64,000 nt of DNA, taken from positions 11,904,001 to 11,968,000 of the forward strand of contig OZ024763.1 in NCBI GenBank assembly GCA_964016885.1. The letters run 5' to 3'. The position numbers and the translations under genes were made by a program. The DNA is from Eledone cirrhosa. Taxonomy: Eukaryota. Below the pieces are notes generated by a model that was not told the origin of the DNA, did no database searches, and saw nothing but the letters and a program-made list of their open reading frames with translations. Below are positions 1 through 13,566 of this stretch, piece by piece (position 1 is the first letter of the stretch; each line of letters starts with the position of its first letter).

Positions 1-71
1 GAGAAGGATTGAGAGAGGGAGGGGGTAGGAGAAGGATTGAGAGATTCACAAACTTTCAATACCATTGTTCC

Positions 72-590
72 AGTGTGTGTAAGAGAGGTAGTGTGTGTGT
101 GGTATATAGAGACTGTGTGTGTGTGGTATATATAGACTGTGTGTGTGTGTGGTATATAGAGACTGTGTATGTGTGTGGTATATATAAAGACTGTGTGTGT
201 GGTATATATAAAGTACTGTGTGTGTGGTATATAGAGACTGTGTGTGTGTGGTATATATAGACTGTGTGTGTGTGTGGTATATAGAGACTGTGTATGTGTG
301 TGGTATATATAAAGACTGTGTGTGTGGTATATATAAAGACTGTGTGTGTGGTATATAGAGGACTGTGTGTGTGGTATATATAAAGACTGTGTGTGGTATA
401 TAGAGACTGTATGTGTGTATGTGAGAGAGATAGTGTGTGTGTGTAAGAGAGATAGTGTGCGTGTGTGTGTGTGTGTGTGAGAGATAGTGTGTGTGTGTAA
501 GAGAGATAATGTGTGTGTGTGTAAGAGAGAGAATGTGTGTGTGTGTGAGAGAGATAGTGTGTGTGTGTGAGAGAGATAGTGTGTGTGTAT
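72..590. repeat. Compound (GT)n/(TA)n minisatellite
   Basis: gtgtgtggtatatagagact-type units. Confidence 0.9.
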
Positions 591-680
591 GATTCAGTGT
601 CTCTATCATTGCTAAACTTCATTCAGGTGACTTAGTTTACAGGAAAGCTAAACTTAGATAAGTTGTAATTTATATTAAAA

Positions 681-1800
681 CTACTACCACCTCCACCACT
701 ACCACCACCACTACCACCTCCACCACTACCACTACCACCACTACCACCTCCACCATTACTACCACCTCCACCATTACCACCACCACTACCACCTCCACCA
801 TTACTACCACCTCCACCACCACCACTACCACCTCCACCATTACTACCACCACTACCACCTCCACCATTACCACCACCACTACCACCTCCACCATTACCAC
901 CACCACTACCACCTCCACCTTTACTACCACCATTACTACCACCACTACCACCTCCACCATTACCACCACCACTACCACCTCCACCATTACCACCACCACT
1001 ACCATTACCACCACCACCACCATTACCACCACCACTACAAACCTCCACCATTACTACCACCACCACCATTACCACCACCACCACTACCACCTCCACCATT
1101 ACTACCACTACCACCTCCACCATTACCACCACCACTACCACCTCCACCATTACTACTACCACTACCACCTCCACCATTACCACCACCACTACCACCACCA
1201 CCACTACCACCACTACCATTACTACTACCACCATTACTACCTCCAACACCACCTCTATCATCTTCATCACCAACACTCCTACTAATTCCACTGTCACCAT
1301 CAGCACTACCACCAACACCACCACTACCACCAACACCAACACCACCACTACCATCTCTACCATCTTCACCATCACTAACAACAGCAACACCACTACCACT
1401 ACCATCTTCATTACCACCACCACCACCCACACCATTACCACTACCTCTACCATCTTCATCACCACCACTACCGCTACCACTACCACTACCATCTTCATCA
1501 CCACTACCACCAACACCATGACCACTACCTCTACCATCTTCATCACCACCACCACCTCTACCATCTTCATCACCACCATTACCACCACCACTACCACTAC
1601 CTCTACCATCTTCATCACCACCACCATTACCACTACCATCTTCATCACCACCACCACCACTACCACTACATCTACCATCTTCATCACCACCACCATTACC
1701 ACTACCATCTTCATCACCACCACCACCACCATTACCACTACATCTACCATTTTCACCACCACTACCACCTTCACCAACACTAACAACAACAACAACACTA
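681..1800. repeat. CCA/CTA-based trinucleotide array with higher-order units
   Basis: Similar arrays at 18870-19220, 21550-22375, 22610-22905, 24320-25130, 34700-35355, 42340-42650 and 47150-47810. Confidence 0.9.
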
Positions 1801-2039
1801 TCTATGGCAGCTTTTGGCTGGTGGTGAAACACTGATTATCTTGTGATTGATGTGTGTGTGTCAGTGTCTGGATGAATGTATGTGTGTTTGTGTGTGTGTA
1901 TGTGTCTGTGGGTGAATGTTTGTATATGTGTATACATATGTGTGTATGGGTGAATGTATGTGTGTGTGAGTAAATTAGACACAGCTAATTAATCTGAGAC
2001 AGCAATGAGCAGGAAATAGTCCGTCCCCCACCCGACTGT

Positions 2040-2390
2040 CTCCACATTACCAGAACCTCTCTCCCTTCTACCCACATTACCAGACCCTTTCCCCCTCCCA
2101 CCCACATTACCAGACCGTCACACCCCTTCTACCCACATTACCAGACCCTTCCCCCTCCCACCCACATTACCAGGCCCTCACACCCCTTCTACCCACTATT
2201 ACCAGAACCTCACACCCCTTCTACCCACATTACCAGACCCTTTCTCCCTCCCACCCACATTACCAGACCCTCACACTCCTTCTACCCACTATTACCAGAA
2301 CCTCACACCCCTTCTACCCACATTACCAGACTCTTTCCCCCTCCCACCCACATTACCAGACCCTCACACCCCTTCTACCCACATACTGCA
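2040..2390. repeat. ~29-bp C-rich minisatellite
   Basis: acccacattaccagacc.. units. Confidence 0.85.
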
Positions 2391-2657
2391 CCCTGTCGCT
2401 TCTCCTACCCACATTATCATACACTGCCTCCTATCCCCTCCTACGCCCATTACCACCCCTACCCCCAATACCCTACCCCACTCACCCCTATCAACAGTCT
2501 GTCATTAAATATAGCCACAATTATTACCTCCATTACACAAGAGCTGCTGTTATTGTCTTATATAACTTCACTACAGTGTCCATTAATTTTTACACTTTTA
2601 TTAATTATTAAAATAGCTTCAATTCCAACCCACTCCTGCCCCCACACACTCTCTCTT

Positions 2658-2688
<31 letters not shown>

Positions 2689-2822
2689 CTGTCTCTCTTC
2701 CCACCTCCTCACCCGCTGACCCCCTCTCTGCCGGAGCTCAGCTGTGTGTGTATGTGTGAGGGAGGGTCCTGAATCTTTTCATATATATGTGTCTGTGTCT
2801 CTCTTCACCCCACTCGTTGCCA

Positions 2823-2876
<54 letters not shown>

Positions 2877-3102
2877 ATCTCTCTATCTATCTCTATATTT
2901 CCTGAGTTCAGTCTTTTTCGTCGCTATGGTGACTGCGGCCCGTCTATCGGTCGCTGTCTTCAATTTGCAAAGCTGTCTAAACGTAATGTTATAACTCTAG
3001 GGTTATATACCCCTATTGAGTGCTTAGCTGCACACCGAGACTGCATTCGTTAGCTTGGCTGCAACCAGAGCTTCGTTGATGCTGTACTAAATTTTATATA
3101 TA

Positions 3103-3233
3103 TATAGCAAAAGGTATGAGCCCGACGGCAGAGCTCAAGCCGTTTCGGCGGCTATTTCTGGACAGAAATTGAGTCCAGAAATAGCCATCGAAACGGCTTG
3201 AGCTCGGCTGTAGGGGTCATACTTTTTCCTATT
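3103..3233. repeat. Inverted repeat of short family C
   Basis: ~60-bp arms (..gagctcaagccgtttcg..ggctatttctggac / gtccagaaatagcc..cgaaacggcttgagctc..). Related sequence at 12613-12750 and 44200-44340. Confidence 0.85.
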
Positions 3234-3308
3234 ACCCACTCTACTACCCTAAGTATTGAGTACTCTGGTGCGTTATGGTCCATCTGGTTCCTTACCACAA
3301 TTCCTTCG

Positions 3309-3376
<68 letters not shown>

Positions 3377-3621
3377 TTATATGTGTGCCTGTCTGTTGTC
3401 TCCCCCCTCCCCATCCACTGTTACACACACACACACATTCTCTATCATCATCTTGATCTTGACCGTTTAATGTCCACATATATATATATATATATGCAAA
3501 GGTTATATTTAATTTGTTGGGATTCAACAAGCTTAAACATTTTTATAACTGATATAAAGAACTGAACAAATTAGATTTTTTCAGGTATGTCAATATTTAT
3601 TTATAAAACAAATCTGTATTG

Positions 3622-3687
3622 TATTTTATCTGATGAAAGCGCACCATAATTTGCCTTGGTGGCCCTTGAAACATGTATAATAAAATA
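3622..3687 (+). ncRNA. Hammerhead-like motif, family B (stem III mutated)
   Basis: tattttat-CUGAUGA-aagcgcacca..tggtggccctt-GAAA-catgta-ta-ataaaata. Confidence 0.55.
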
Positions 3688-4656
3688 AATATGGTTTTAT
3701 AAATATAGTTTCCATTTGTTAATATATTGTACATATATATATATATATATTATATATACATATATATATATATGTATATATATGTATATATATGTGTGTT
3801 TCTCTCTTTCCTCTCACCCTCTCATCAATATTTTGTTATTAGAGATAGCTACAGTCAACATTATAGCTCTCTTGTTGTTGTTCTTGTTACTGTCAACAAA
3901 CACAGCTAATTAATTTTTACATGAAGCATCATTAATTATAGACAAACCACCACCACCTCCTCCCCGTTCCCTTCTCTCCTCCATTAATTCCCCCCCCCCT
4001 TCATCCATCAATAGTCTGTTATTAAATATATACAGCTACACTACTACATGTACTAACAGCTACTACTACTACTACTACTGTAAATGAGTATGAAGTAGTC
4101 TCTCTTTCCTTCTCTTTCTCTCTCCTCCTTCTGTCCCCCTCTATCTCCCGCCCTCTCATTACTTTCTCAATAGTTCACCCACACAATCTGCAATAGTATG
4201 TCATTAGCCCTTTCATTAAGGTGGTAAATTAGCAGAGATGGTAGAACGTCAGATAGAATACCTTGTGGTGTTGTCCTGCTCTCTACTCTCTCAGAGTTCA
4301 AATCCCACCGAAGTTAACTTTGCCTTTCATCCTTTCAAGGCCGATAAAAAATAAAAAAAAAATTTTTTTTAAAGTACCGGTCAAATACTAAGATTGATTC
4401 TTCCTCCATATTGCTTTCTCACTTCTCTCTCGCTCTCTCTCTCTCTCTCTATCCTTCCCTAGAAGAAAACTGCTGTGTTCAGACATGGAGAGGGATGGGC
4501 TCCACCAGATTTTAAAATGTCCTAGAAACACTGTATGTCAATGTGGCGCCCCCTACAACTCTCTTAGGTGTCACAAGTCCATACATATATACAAACCCTT
4601 TCATTATCGTTTTGAAAATAATCAAGAATTTTGATTTAGTAATAATAGAACTCTAT

Positions 4657-4717
<61 letters not shown>

Positions 4718-4719
4718 GT

Positions 4720-4756
<37 letters not shown>

Positions 4757-5049
4757 GTTACTACTACTACTACTACTGTTACTACTACTACTAATAATAA
4801 TAATTGTTTCTACTTTTTGGTACAAGGCCAGCAATTCACCAGTGCATTACTGGTACTTTATTTTATCGACCCCGTAAGGATGAAAGGCAAAGTTAACCTC
4901 GGAGTTAGGTTTATCATCAATAAAGTCCTAGAGCCAATCATCTGTGAAACATATTTCTTTCATATATACATATATACATATCCTGCGTTCAATTGGGGTT
5001 AACCACAGTAAGGAAGGTACTCAATACATAGCAGAGTATATAATGTTTA

Positions 5050-5166
5050 ATATATAAATGGCTTCTACAGGACTAGACCTGTTTCATTTGAAGGAAATCA
5101 TCAGGAAAGCCCTGATGATTTCCTTTGAATGAAACAGTTCTAGTCCTGTAGAAGCCATTTATATAT
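5050..5166. repeat. Inverted repeat of PLE-like family A (CTGATGA...GAAAC)
   Basis: ~56-bp arms around AAAGC. A similar palindrome lies at 13648-13777, with single arms at 15590-15720 and 16296-16430. Confidence 0.85.
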
Positions 5167-5168
5167 AT

Positions 5169-5440
5169 GGAGGCACATGGCTTAGTGGTTAGAGCATTGG
5201 CCTTGCAATCGAAAGGTTGTGAGTTCAATTCTCAGACCGGGTGATGTGTTGTTTCCTTGAGCAAGACACTTTATTTCACATTGCTCCAGTTTACTCAGAT
5301 GTAGAAATGAGATGATAGGGACTGGGGTCCCTATCATTCCACTGCAAAGTAGTCGTGGAGGTGCCACGGCAAAAAAGCAGCCAGCACTCACTGTAAATGA
5401 GGTTGGTGTTAGGAAGGGCATCCAATGAAATGATGATGAT
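5169..5440 (+). mobile_element. tRNA-derived CORE-SINE (family 1)
   Basis: A-box TGGCTTAGTGG, B-box GAGTTCAATTC, and a MIR-CORE-like segment ccttgagcaagacactttatttcacattgctccagtttactcagatgtagaaatgag. The RTE-type tail has an internal deletion. Confidence 0.88.
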
Positions 5441-5455
5441 ATATATATATATATA

Positions 5456-5866
5456 TCATCATCACCGTTTTACGTCCGTTCTTCCACACTAGCATGGGTT
5501 AGACGAGTTGTTCTGTTGTGGGCAGTGTCCAGTGGGCTGACCTTGTCTTGCTCATACGGGAACTGATTCTGACTTGATTTCTACAGCTGGATGCCCTTCC
5601 TAACACCAACCTCATTTACAGTGAGTGCTGGGTGCTTTTTTAATGTGGCATCTCCACGTCCACTTTACAGTGTGGGCTGGGTGCTTTTTTGCCGTGGCAC
5701 CTCCATGACCACTATACTGTGTGGGCTGGGTGCTTTTTTTGCCGAGACACCTCCACGACCACTTTGCAGTGGAATGATATGGACCCCAGTCCCTATCATC
5801 TCATTTCTACAGCAGAGTAAACTGGAGCAATGTGAAATAAAGTGTCTTGCTCAAGGAAACAACACA
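5456..5866 (-). mobile_element. Family-1 SINE / RTE 3'-end chimera (head missing)
   Basis: CORE and hairpin of family 1 joined to the LINE-type terminus. Confidence 0.8.
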
Positions 5867-6609
5867 TATATATATAAATAAAATACAGAGAGAGGTACTT
5901 GTATATATATGTTTGTATATGTATATAAGCATGTGTATGTGTGTGTGTTGTGGCAGTGTATGTGTTACACAGATGTATATGTGTATGTAGGTATTTGTGT
6001 ATAAGTAATGTTTGTTTAGTTTTAAAAGTAAATACTCCACCAACCACATGTAAACTTCCTCTCTATTGTGTTGGAATTTCTTCAGGATAGGGGGGGGGGG
6101 GGGGCGTACTAGAAGTATGTAGGGATGGTTGCAGAGGAAGGGGCGCGGGAGACTTGGATGTGGGGAAGGGATTAGTTCAGTTCATGCTTGTGTGGTTGGG
6201 AGGGGGTGGGGGTATGTCTGGATGTTTGCAGGGAAAGGAGGGAGAGAGATTCAGATGTGTTCTTCTCTTTAAATCTCTTTACTTAGCTTTCTTCTTTCAC
6301 ACTCCACTCCACTTACTTCCTCACTCTTCACTCCACATCCTTCACTTCATGCTCCAAAACTCCATTCACCCTCACTCCATGTTTCTCACTTTACTATGTT
6401 TTTTTTAAGTAGCTACCAATCACACATTTAAGTTTGGTATCATTTTCCTCTATAATTATATATATGTACACCCCACCGCTACACCCTACCCATCCTCCCT
6501 CTCCCTACCTCATCCTTGCTCTCCCTACCCCATCCTCGCTCTCCCTACCCCATCCTCGCTCTCCCTACCCCATCCTCACTCTCCCTACCCCATCCTCGCT
6601 CTCCCGTTC

Positions 6610-6972
6610 TGTCCACTGTGTTGATGACACAACAGTCCACACTGTAAATGTGGTTGGTGTTAGGAAGGGCATCCAACTGTAAAAAACCTGCCAGAGGCGC
6701 TTCCATGCGAGCGAGACATGCCCCCCTCCCTCCCTCCAGCATCAAATGGAAGATGGACGTTAAACGATGATGATGATATATACATACAGCACTAACTGTA
6801 AATGAGGTTGGTGTTAGGAAGGGCATCCAGCTGTAGAAATCAAGCCAAATCAGTTCCTGTACGAGCAAGGCATGGTCAGCCGACCAGACACTGCCCACAA
6901 CAGGACAACCCGTCTAACCCATGCTAGCGTGGAAGAACGGACGTAAAACGGTGATGATGATGATGATGATGA
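6610..6972 (+). mobile_element. Two tandem RTE 3'-UTR fragments
   Basis: cactgtaaatg(a/t)ggttggtgttaggaagggcatcca...ggacgt(t/a)aaacg..tgatgatg occurs twice and matches the LINE terminus at 39941. Confidence 0.8.
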
Positions 6973-7000
6973 TATATATATATATACATATATGATGATG

Positions 7001-7058
<58 letters not shown>

Positions 7059-7062
7059 TTAT

Positions 7063-7252
7063 AGGGCGGTGGATTGGCAGTATTGGTAGAGGGTCGGACG
7101 CCATGCTTTCCAGCATAGTTACGTCCCTTTATGATCTGAGTTCAAATCCCGCCGAGGTTGACTTTGCCTTTCATCCTTACGGGGTAGATAAAATAAAGTA
7201 CCAGTAATGCACTGGGTAATTGCTGGCCTTGTGCCTAAAAGTAGAAACAATT
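7063..7252 (+). mobile_element. tRNA-derived SINE family 2 with Meta-like central domain
   Basis: B-box GAGTTCAAATCCC followed by gttgactttgcctttcatccttacggggt.gataaaataaagtaccag, resembling the MetaSINE conserved domain. Ends in gtagaaacaattat. Confidence 0.82.
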
Positions 7253-7310
7253 ATAGGGAAAGAGTCAGACCCCCCCCCCACCGTTTCGACAGCTATATCC
7301 AAACTATAGC

Positions 7311-7350
<40 letters not shown>

Positions 7351-8000
7351 ATATATATATATATATCACCAACTCCCATGTCACACCACTGCCATTACTA
7401 CCCACATCCCCACCACCAATACACCAGCATATTCACAGCCACCACCACAACCCACACCACCAAAATATCACTACCACTACCAACAACATGACCTCCACCT
7501 CCACCACACTTCTAAGAGACATCTGCTTCAACTTTTGTTTACATCTCTGGTATGACATGTTGCCATAACAACCACCTCTCATTCCTGCTTTAACCCTTCC
7601 TCTCACATCTTACTCCACCACCCTGTTCCTCACCATCTCCCTCCACCACCCTGTCCCTCACCATCTCCCTCCACCACCCTGTCCCTCACCATCTCCCAAA
7701 CACTCTCCATTATCTCAGGTTTCCCCCTTATACAGCCATTGTGACCAGATCTTATCTTTTACAATTTCAAGCTGTAGTATGTGTGACTGTGTGTGCAAGT
7801 TTTGTGTTTCTATATATATATGTATGTGTCTGTTAGTGTGTATGTGTGTGCTTGTCACCATCTTGTCATTATTTATATTTTCCTTTGTTTATTTACCAAA
7901 ATTCCCACACTCTTTAGCCTCTTCCATCATAAAAACCCCTTAATTCAAGCAATAGTTTCTGATTCTTTAACCACTAAGCCTTCACACACACACAAACATA

Positions 8001-8032
<32 letters not shown>

Positions 8033-8464
8033 CTAGAGATATATGTGTCTGTATTTGTGTGTGTGTGTGTGTCTATATATGAATACACAGTGACACTTAT
8101 CTTATAATCTACAGTTGTTGTCTTCCTGTTTCTTCTACAACAACTACAACCTTACACGATGGGGCCCACCCACAGCCCCTGCGGACAGAATGGAGAAGGC
8201 ACAAAGACAGCAATTTTGAGATTGGTACTCACATGCTCTCCCAGAACAGGGCTCAGTAAATTATGACTCACACATCCATAATTTCAACAGACCCAAAGGT
8301 TTTCATGGAATATGTGATATTGTTGTATAAAAACATTCTTTGTTTCACAGTTGTGAAACAAAGTCTAGCGAGGGACTTGATCTGGGATCTTCAGTTATGT
8401 TGAGACTAAAGCTATAAAGCTATTATATGGTGGAAGAGTCAATTTTACCACAGTTGTGCATGGC

Positions 8465-8870
8465 AGGTGATCTGAGACTGTGTTGTTTTGAAACTAAAGT
8501 AATTACATCATGGAAGAGTCAGTTTAGCCACATTTGTACTTGTCTGGCAGCTGACTTGATCTGAGATTGTGTTGTTTTGAAACTAAAGTAATTACATCAT
8601 GGAAGAGTCAGTTTAGCCACAGTTGTACTTGTCTGGCAGCTGACTTGATCTGAGATTGTGTTGTTTTGAAACTAAAGTAATTACATCATGGAAGAGTCAG
8701 TTTAGCCACAGTTGTACTTGTCTGGCAGCTGACTTGATCTGAGATTGTGTTGTTTTGAAACTAAAGTAATTACATCATGGAAGAGTCAGTTTAGCCACAG
8801 TTGTACTTGTCTGGCAGCTGACTTGATCTGAGACTGTGTTGTGTTCAAACTGAAGCTATTTCATCATGGA
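8465..8870. repeat. 89-bp tandem repeat (~4.5 copies)
   Basis: Period measured 8481 to 8570; copies nearly identical. Confidence 0.92.
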
Positions 8871-9027
8871 AAAGTAATTTTAACCATTTTTAAAAACACA
8901 AAAACTGTCAAGTTCAGTTGACATATATCATTTATTTCCTGGTGTCAACATTTTTGTTCTGGTCATTGACACAATTCCATTGTAACAACATGTACCTGTA
9001 CACACATGCCTGCATATACATATACAC

Positions 9028-9063
<36 letters not shown>

Positions 9064-9131
9064 CCGATTGTCAAAATTAAAGATTGAATTTGAAATAACC
9101 TTGGTTTTCCTTTGTACTGATTATGTGTGTG

Positions 9132-9164
<33 letters not shown>

Positions 9165-9467
9165 TTATATATATATATACATATATTTGTTAGTTATTTG
9201 ACTATGGCAAAGCCGGCCATTAATCACTCGTATACAGAAAACTGACTCCCTATCTGCTGATATACAAATCAGGCTGATCAGTGGGTTGGGTCTGGTAATA
9301 TGCTGATCTAACTGATCAGGCAGTCAGCTAATATGCAAATCAGGCCAATCTGACACTGTGTATTCCAGAAAATACATTGCTTGTATTCAGCCATGTAGAG
9401 CGATAAAACTATTTGTTAGTTATATATATATATATAACTATTTGTTAGTTATATATAATAGTAATAT

Positions 9468-9850
9468 TAATTGTTTCTACTTTTGGCACAAGGCCAGCAA
9501 TTACCCCAGTGCATTACTGGTACCTTATTTTATCGATCCCGTAAGGATGAAAGGCAAAGTTAACCTCAGCGGGATTTGAACTCAGTCCGTAAAGGACCGT
9601 AACTCTTTGCTGCAAAGCATGGTCTCCGACCCTCTACCAATACTGCCAATTCACCACCCTACAGAGTTTCTACTTTTGGCACAAGGCCAGCGATTACCCA
9701 AGTGCACCACTGGTACTTTATTTTATCGACCTCGTGAGGATGAAAAGCAAAGTTAACCTCGGCGGATTTGAACTCAGAATGCAAAGGGCCTTAACTCTAT
9801 GCTGCAAAGCATGGTGTCAGACCCTCTACCAATACTGCCAAACCACAACC
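9468..9850 (-). mobile_element. Two tandem family-2 SINEs
   Basis: Two consecutive ~190-bp reverse copies. Confidence 0.85.
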
Positions 9851-9879
9851 ATTATATAATATAATAGTAATATTAATGA

Positions 9880-10560
9880 GATTAAATTTTACTCATTTAC
9901 TAGGTGTATTTTAGCTCAATGCAATGACAGGATGAAGCAGAGCTGTTATATATTTACAATGTGCTCATTGACAATTGTTAATTCCCATACCACAGACAGC
10001 AAATTATTTTATTTTAACCCTTTAGCTTTTAAACTGGTCATATCCGGCCAGAATCCTCTCACCACTTTCTGCTCAAACTGGTTGAAACCGGCCCCTCATA
10101 CTGATGTTAAGGTATTGTTCTCAAAATAAATAACATCAAAATCTCATAGATTTGATATTATGTGAGATAATCATGTGAGGTAAAGCCTTTACTGTGAAAA
10201 TATGTTACTATATATGGAATAATGTAAATACTAAAGGATTGATGGAGAACTCTGTGCCATTATTTTTGAGGTCTCACACATGGTTTGTGAGCTGAGTGGT
10301 ATGTTTTTGTCAGGATGCTTGAAGGTTGTTTTGTGGTTCAGGAAACGGCTTTTGAACCAGCTCTCAGACAAGGTTTCAGTTTGTTGTTTCTGGTTGGTGG
10401 ATCACAGCCAGAACGTTGCACTGTTGATCCAGTGGGCATGCCTCTCACTACATCAGCATCTGTAAGATGGAAGGCTTGTGTATTTGTTGATGATGTGGGC
10501 TTTTATGTTACTGGTACAACATCAGTGTATGGCGATTGAATATTTGTTGGTATTTATAGC
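9880..10560 (-). pseudogene. Penelope-like element GIY-YIG endonuclease remnant
   Basis: Frameshifted manual translation gives QIFNRHTL..CCTSNIKAHI, CPLDQQCNVLAVIHQ, LSESWFKSRFLNHKTTFKHP..TTQLTNHV*DLKNNGTEFSI. This matches the recalled PLE linker/GIY-YIG consensus. Interrupted by a P1 MITE. Confidence 0.75.
10018..10238 (+). mobile_element. P1 MITE inserted in a Penelope-like remnant
   Basis: Same TIRs and body as 16748; flanks TTAA/TTGA. Confidence 0.85.
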
Positions 10561-11796
10561 CGTATGTCAATATAGCACCCCTACGACTCTATCAGGGGTT
10601 ATGGGGCCATACCATACCATTTATGGCCTACAGGGAAGTGAAGATCTAAGAGGGCTAGGAATTTTCTACCTACATTGGTCTTCACGTTGAGTGAAAGTGG
10701 TGGCACAAATCACTTGATAACTCAATGTCTAGGGGTTTTTTTTTTGCTAGATGTAGGACTTCCCACCACCCGTATGGGTGATTTCTTTGATTTCAAACTT
10801 TACCCCATTTATTGTAACTTGTTACCTTCCTTTTTACACACTTATATATATAATCCCCGCTGTGCCTGTCTGTCCATGATGACTTTGGTCCTTGTGGCCG
10901 ATAAAAAAACCCTTATTCTAATTATTATGCATTATGGTGCATTTTCTTTGAGCCATGTTATTTGAAAGTCATTTAAAAGCTGTGTTTTTTTTAAATATTT
11001 TATATTTAACAACTGTTCACATATCTTGTTTCATGTTTTGCATCTGTATTGGATTATTTCTGTGTAACTAAAACCACAAACTGTTTTCTTTAAGTTTATG
11101 GCAACCGTGAATTTGTTCTTAGCTTCCTTCTCCCGCTCTCTCCCTCATACACACTTAACTGCAGTATATATATATTTTTTGCCTATTTATTTCATTTTTG
11201 TTCCTGTTTATAGTAGTTGTTTGTCTACCATGAATTTATTCTTAGTTTTTTTATCTCTTTTTTTACTTTCTCTTTCTCTCACTTTACTGCAGTTGGGTCT
11301 TTTTTGTTTGTTTGTTCTGTTTTGTTTTGTGTTGTTACTTTTCTTGTTGATAGAACATTTTAGTGTTATTGTTATTGCAGTTGTAGTTTTTGTTAGAGTT
11401 GTTAGTCTGTTTTCTTCTTTATTTTTCTTTACTGCTTCTCTCTCTCTCTCTTTACTACTTCTCTCTTTATCTCTCTCTTTACTGTTCTGGTTTTGTTGTT
11501 TGTGTCTTGTTTTTAAAAAATATGTTGTTGTAATAGTTGTGGTTGTAGTGGTAGTGATGATATTATAATTGTTGTTAGTGGGGGTGATATTGTAGTGGTT
11601 ATTGTTGTTAGTGGTGGTGTGGGGAGGTGGAAGTGTAATAGTTGTTGCTAGGTGGAATCAAAGTTTACTATATTTGACTTACACTTGTTTCTCTACTTAA
11701 TAAGAAATGAAATGTCTTAGGGTTTGTAATGTTACCCTGAGTACATTGACAACTGGCACCTATGTATGAACCTCTCTGTCTGTGTTTATATATACA

Positions 11797-12550
11797 TGTG
11801 TGTGTGTGTGTGTGATATGTTATAGATGTGTGTGTGTGTGATATGTTATAGATGTGTGTGTGTGTGATATGTTATAGATGTGTGTGTGTGATATGTTATA
11901 GACGTGTGTGTGTGTGTGATATGTTATAGATGTGTGTGTGTGTGTGTGATATGTTATAGATGTGTGTGTGTGATATGTTATAGATGTGTGTGTGTGATAT
12001 GTTATAGATGTGTGTGTGTGTGTGATATGTTATAGATGTGTGTGTGTGTGATATGTTATAGATGTGTGTGTGTGATATGTTATAGATGTGTGTGTGTGTG
12101 TGATATGTTATAGATGTGTGTGTGTGTGATATGTTATAGATGTGTGTGTGTGTGATATGTTATAGATGTGTGTGTGTGTGATATGTTATAGATGTGTGTG
12201 TGTGATATGTTATAGACGTGTGTGTGTGTGTGATATGTTATAGATGTGTGTGTGTGTGTGTGATATGTTATAGATGTGTGTGTGTGATATGTTATAGATG
12301 TGTGTGTGTGATATGTTATAGATGTGTGTGTGTGTGATATGTTATAGATGTGTGTGTGTGATATGTTATAGATGTGTGTGTGTGTGTGATATGTTATAGA
12401 TGTGTGTGTGTGTGATATGTTATAGATGTGTGTGTGTGATATGTTATAGATGTGTGTGTGTGTGTGATATGTTATAGATGTGTGTGTGTGTGATATGTTA
12501 TAGATGTGTGTGTGTGATATGTTATAGATGTGTGTGTGATATGTTGATAT
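11797..12550. repeat. gatatgttataga + variable (TG)n array
   Basis: About 30 units with a constant core and a variable GT run. Confidence 0.92.
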
Positions 12551-12764
12551 GTTACTCTGCTTACATAGACAACTGGCTCCTACAGATGTACCTGTGTGTG
12601 TTTATATATATATAGGAAAAGGTATGACCCCGACGGCAGAGCTCAAGCCGTTTCGACGGCTATTTCTGCCGTCGGGGTCTAACATTTTCCTATTACCCAC
12701 AGTATTGAGTACTCTGGTGCGTTATGGTCCATCTGGTTTCTTACCACAATTTTATATATATATA

Positions 12765-13566
12765 TCATCATCATCATCATCATCATCGTTTAACGTCCAT
12801 GTTCCATGCTTGCATGGGTTTGGACGGGAGTTTTCCCACTTGAGGCAAGAGTGATTGTCTTGCTCGCATAGGACTGTCTGGCGGGTTTTCTACAGCTGGA
12901 TGCCCTTCCTAACACCAACCACATTTACAGTGTGGGGCTGAGAGGTTTTTACCGTGTTGCCTACACGGCCACATTACAGCGTGGACTGTGTGTTTTTTTG
13001 TCGTGACACCTACACGATCTCATTTGTTTCGGCCTGGATGTTGTGGCACCAACATAACTTTACATTGAAAGGGGCGATGGGGGTGGGGGGGGGGGTGTTT
13101 TGTTAGAGATGCCTACTGACTGTAGGTTTTACTTTGTATTCAGGTAAGGCGGGTCTTCTCTATTACTGAGTACCGCCAAAGATCTCGGTCCAGTGACATT
13201 GTCTTAGAGAGGTGTAAGTGTGTGAGGTTGGAATTTATCAGGTCGTCCCAGGTTTTTCTGGGTCTGCCTACTCCGTGGCTACCGTCTATCTTTATTGCCC
13301 TGCACTTTTTTATACAGCTGTCGTCTTTCATGCGCATCACGTGACCATACCAACGTAGCCTTCTCTCGACTAAACAACATCTGATCCCCCTTATTTCTAA
13401 TTTTTCCCTTAGTTCGTTTCTGCTTTGCTGTTCACGTATATTACTATTACACATCCAGCGGAGCATGCAAGCTTCGTTCCTCTCTAGTCTGCGTATATCC
13501 TCTGCACACAATGCCCAGGTCTCACTGCCATGCAACATTGCTGTTCGTATGCAGGCATCATACAGC
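12765..13566 (-). mobile_element. RTE LINE 3' fragment
   Basis: ORF 13140..13538 (MLHGSETWAL...RRLRWYGHVMRM...GRPRKTW) is homologous to the C-terminus of the 40243 ORF. It is followed by a UTR and a (GAT)n tail. Confidence 0.9.

Noticed and set aside
632-1835. Long Gly-rich/Val-rich ORFs (388 aa, 265 aa)
   Set aside because: They are translations of a CCA/CTA microsatellite that is open in several frames, with no unique domain, signal peptide or clear splice context.
3575-3592. AG|GTATGT recursive-like motif (also AG|GTAAGG near 13140)
   Set aside because: Both lie inside repeat-derived sequence and have weaker pyrimidine tracts, so they are likely incidental.
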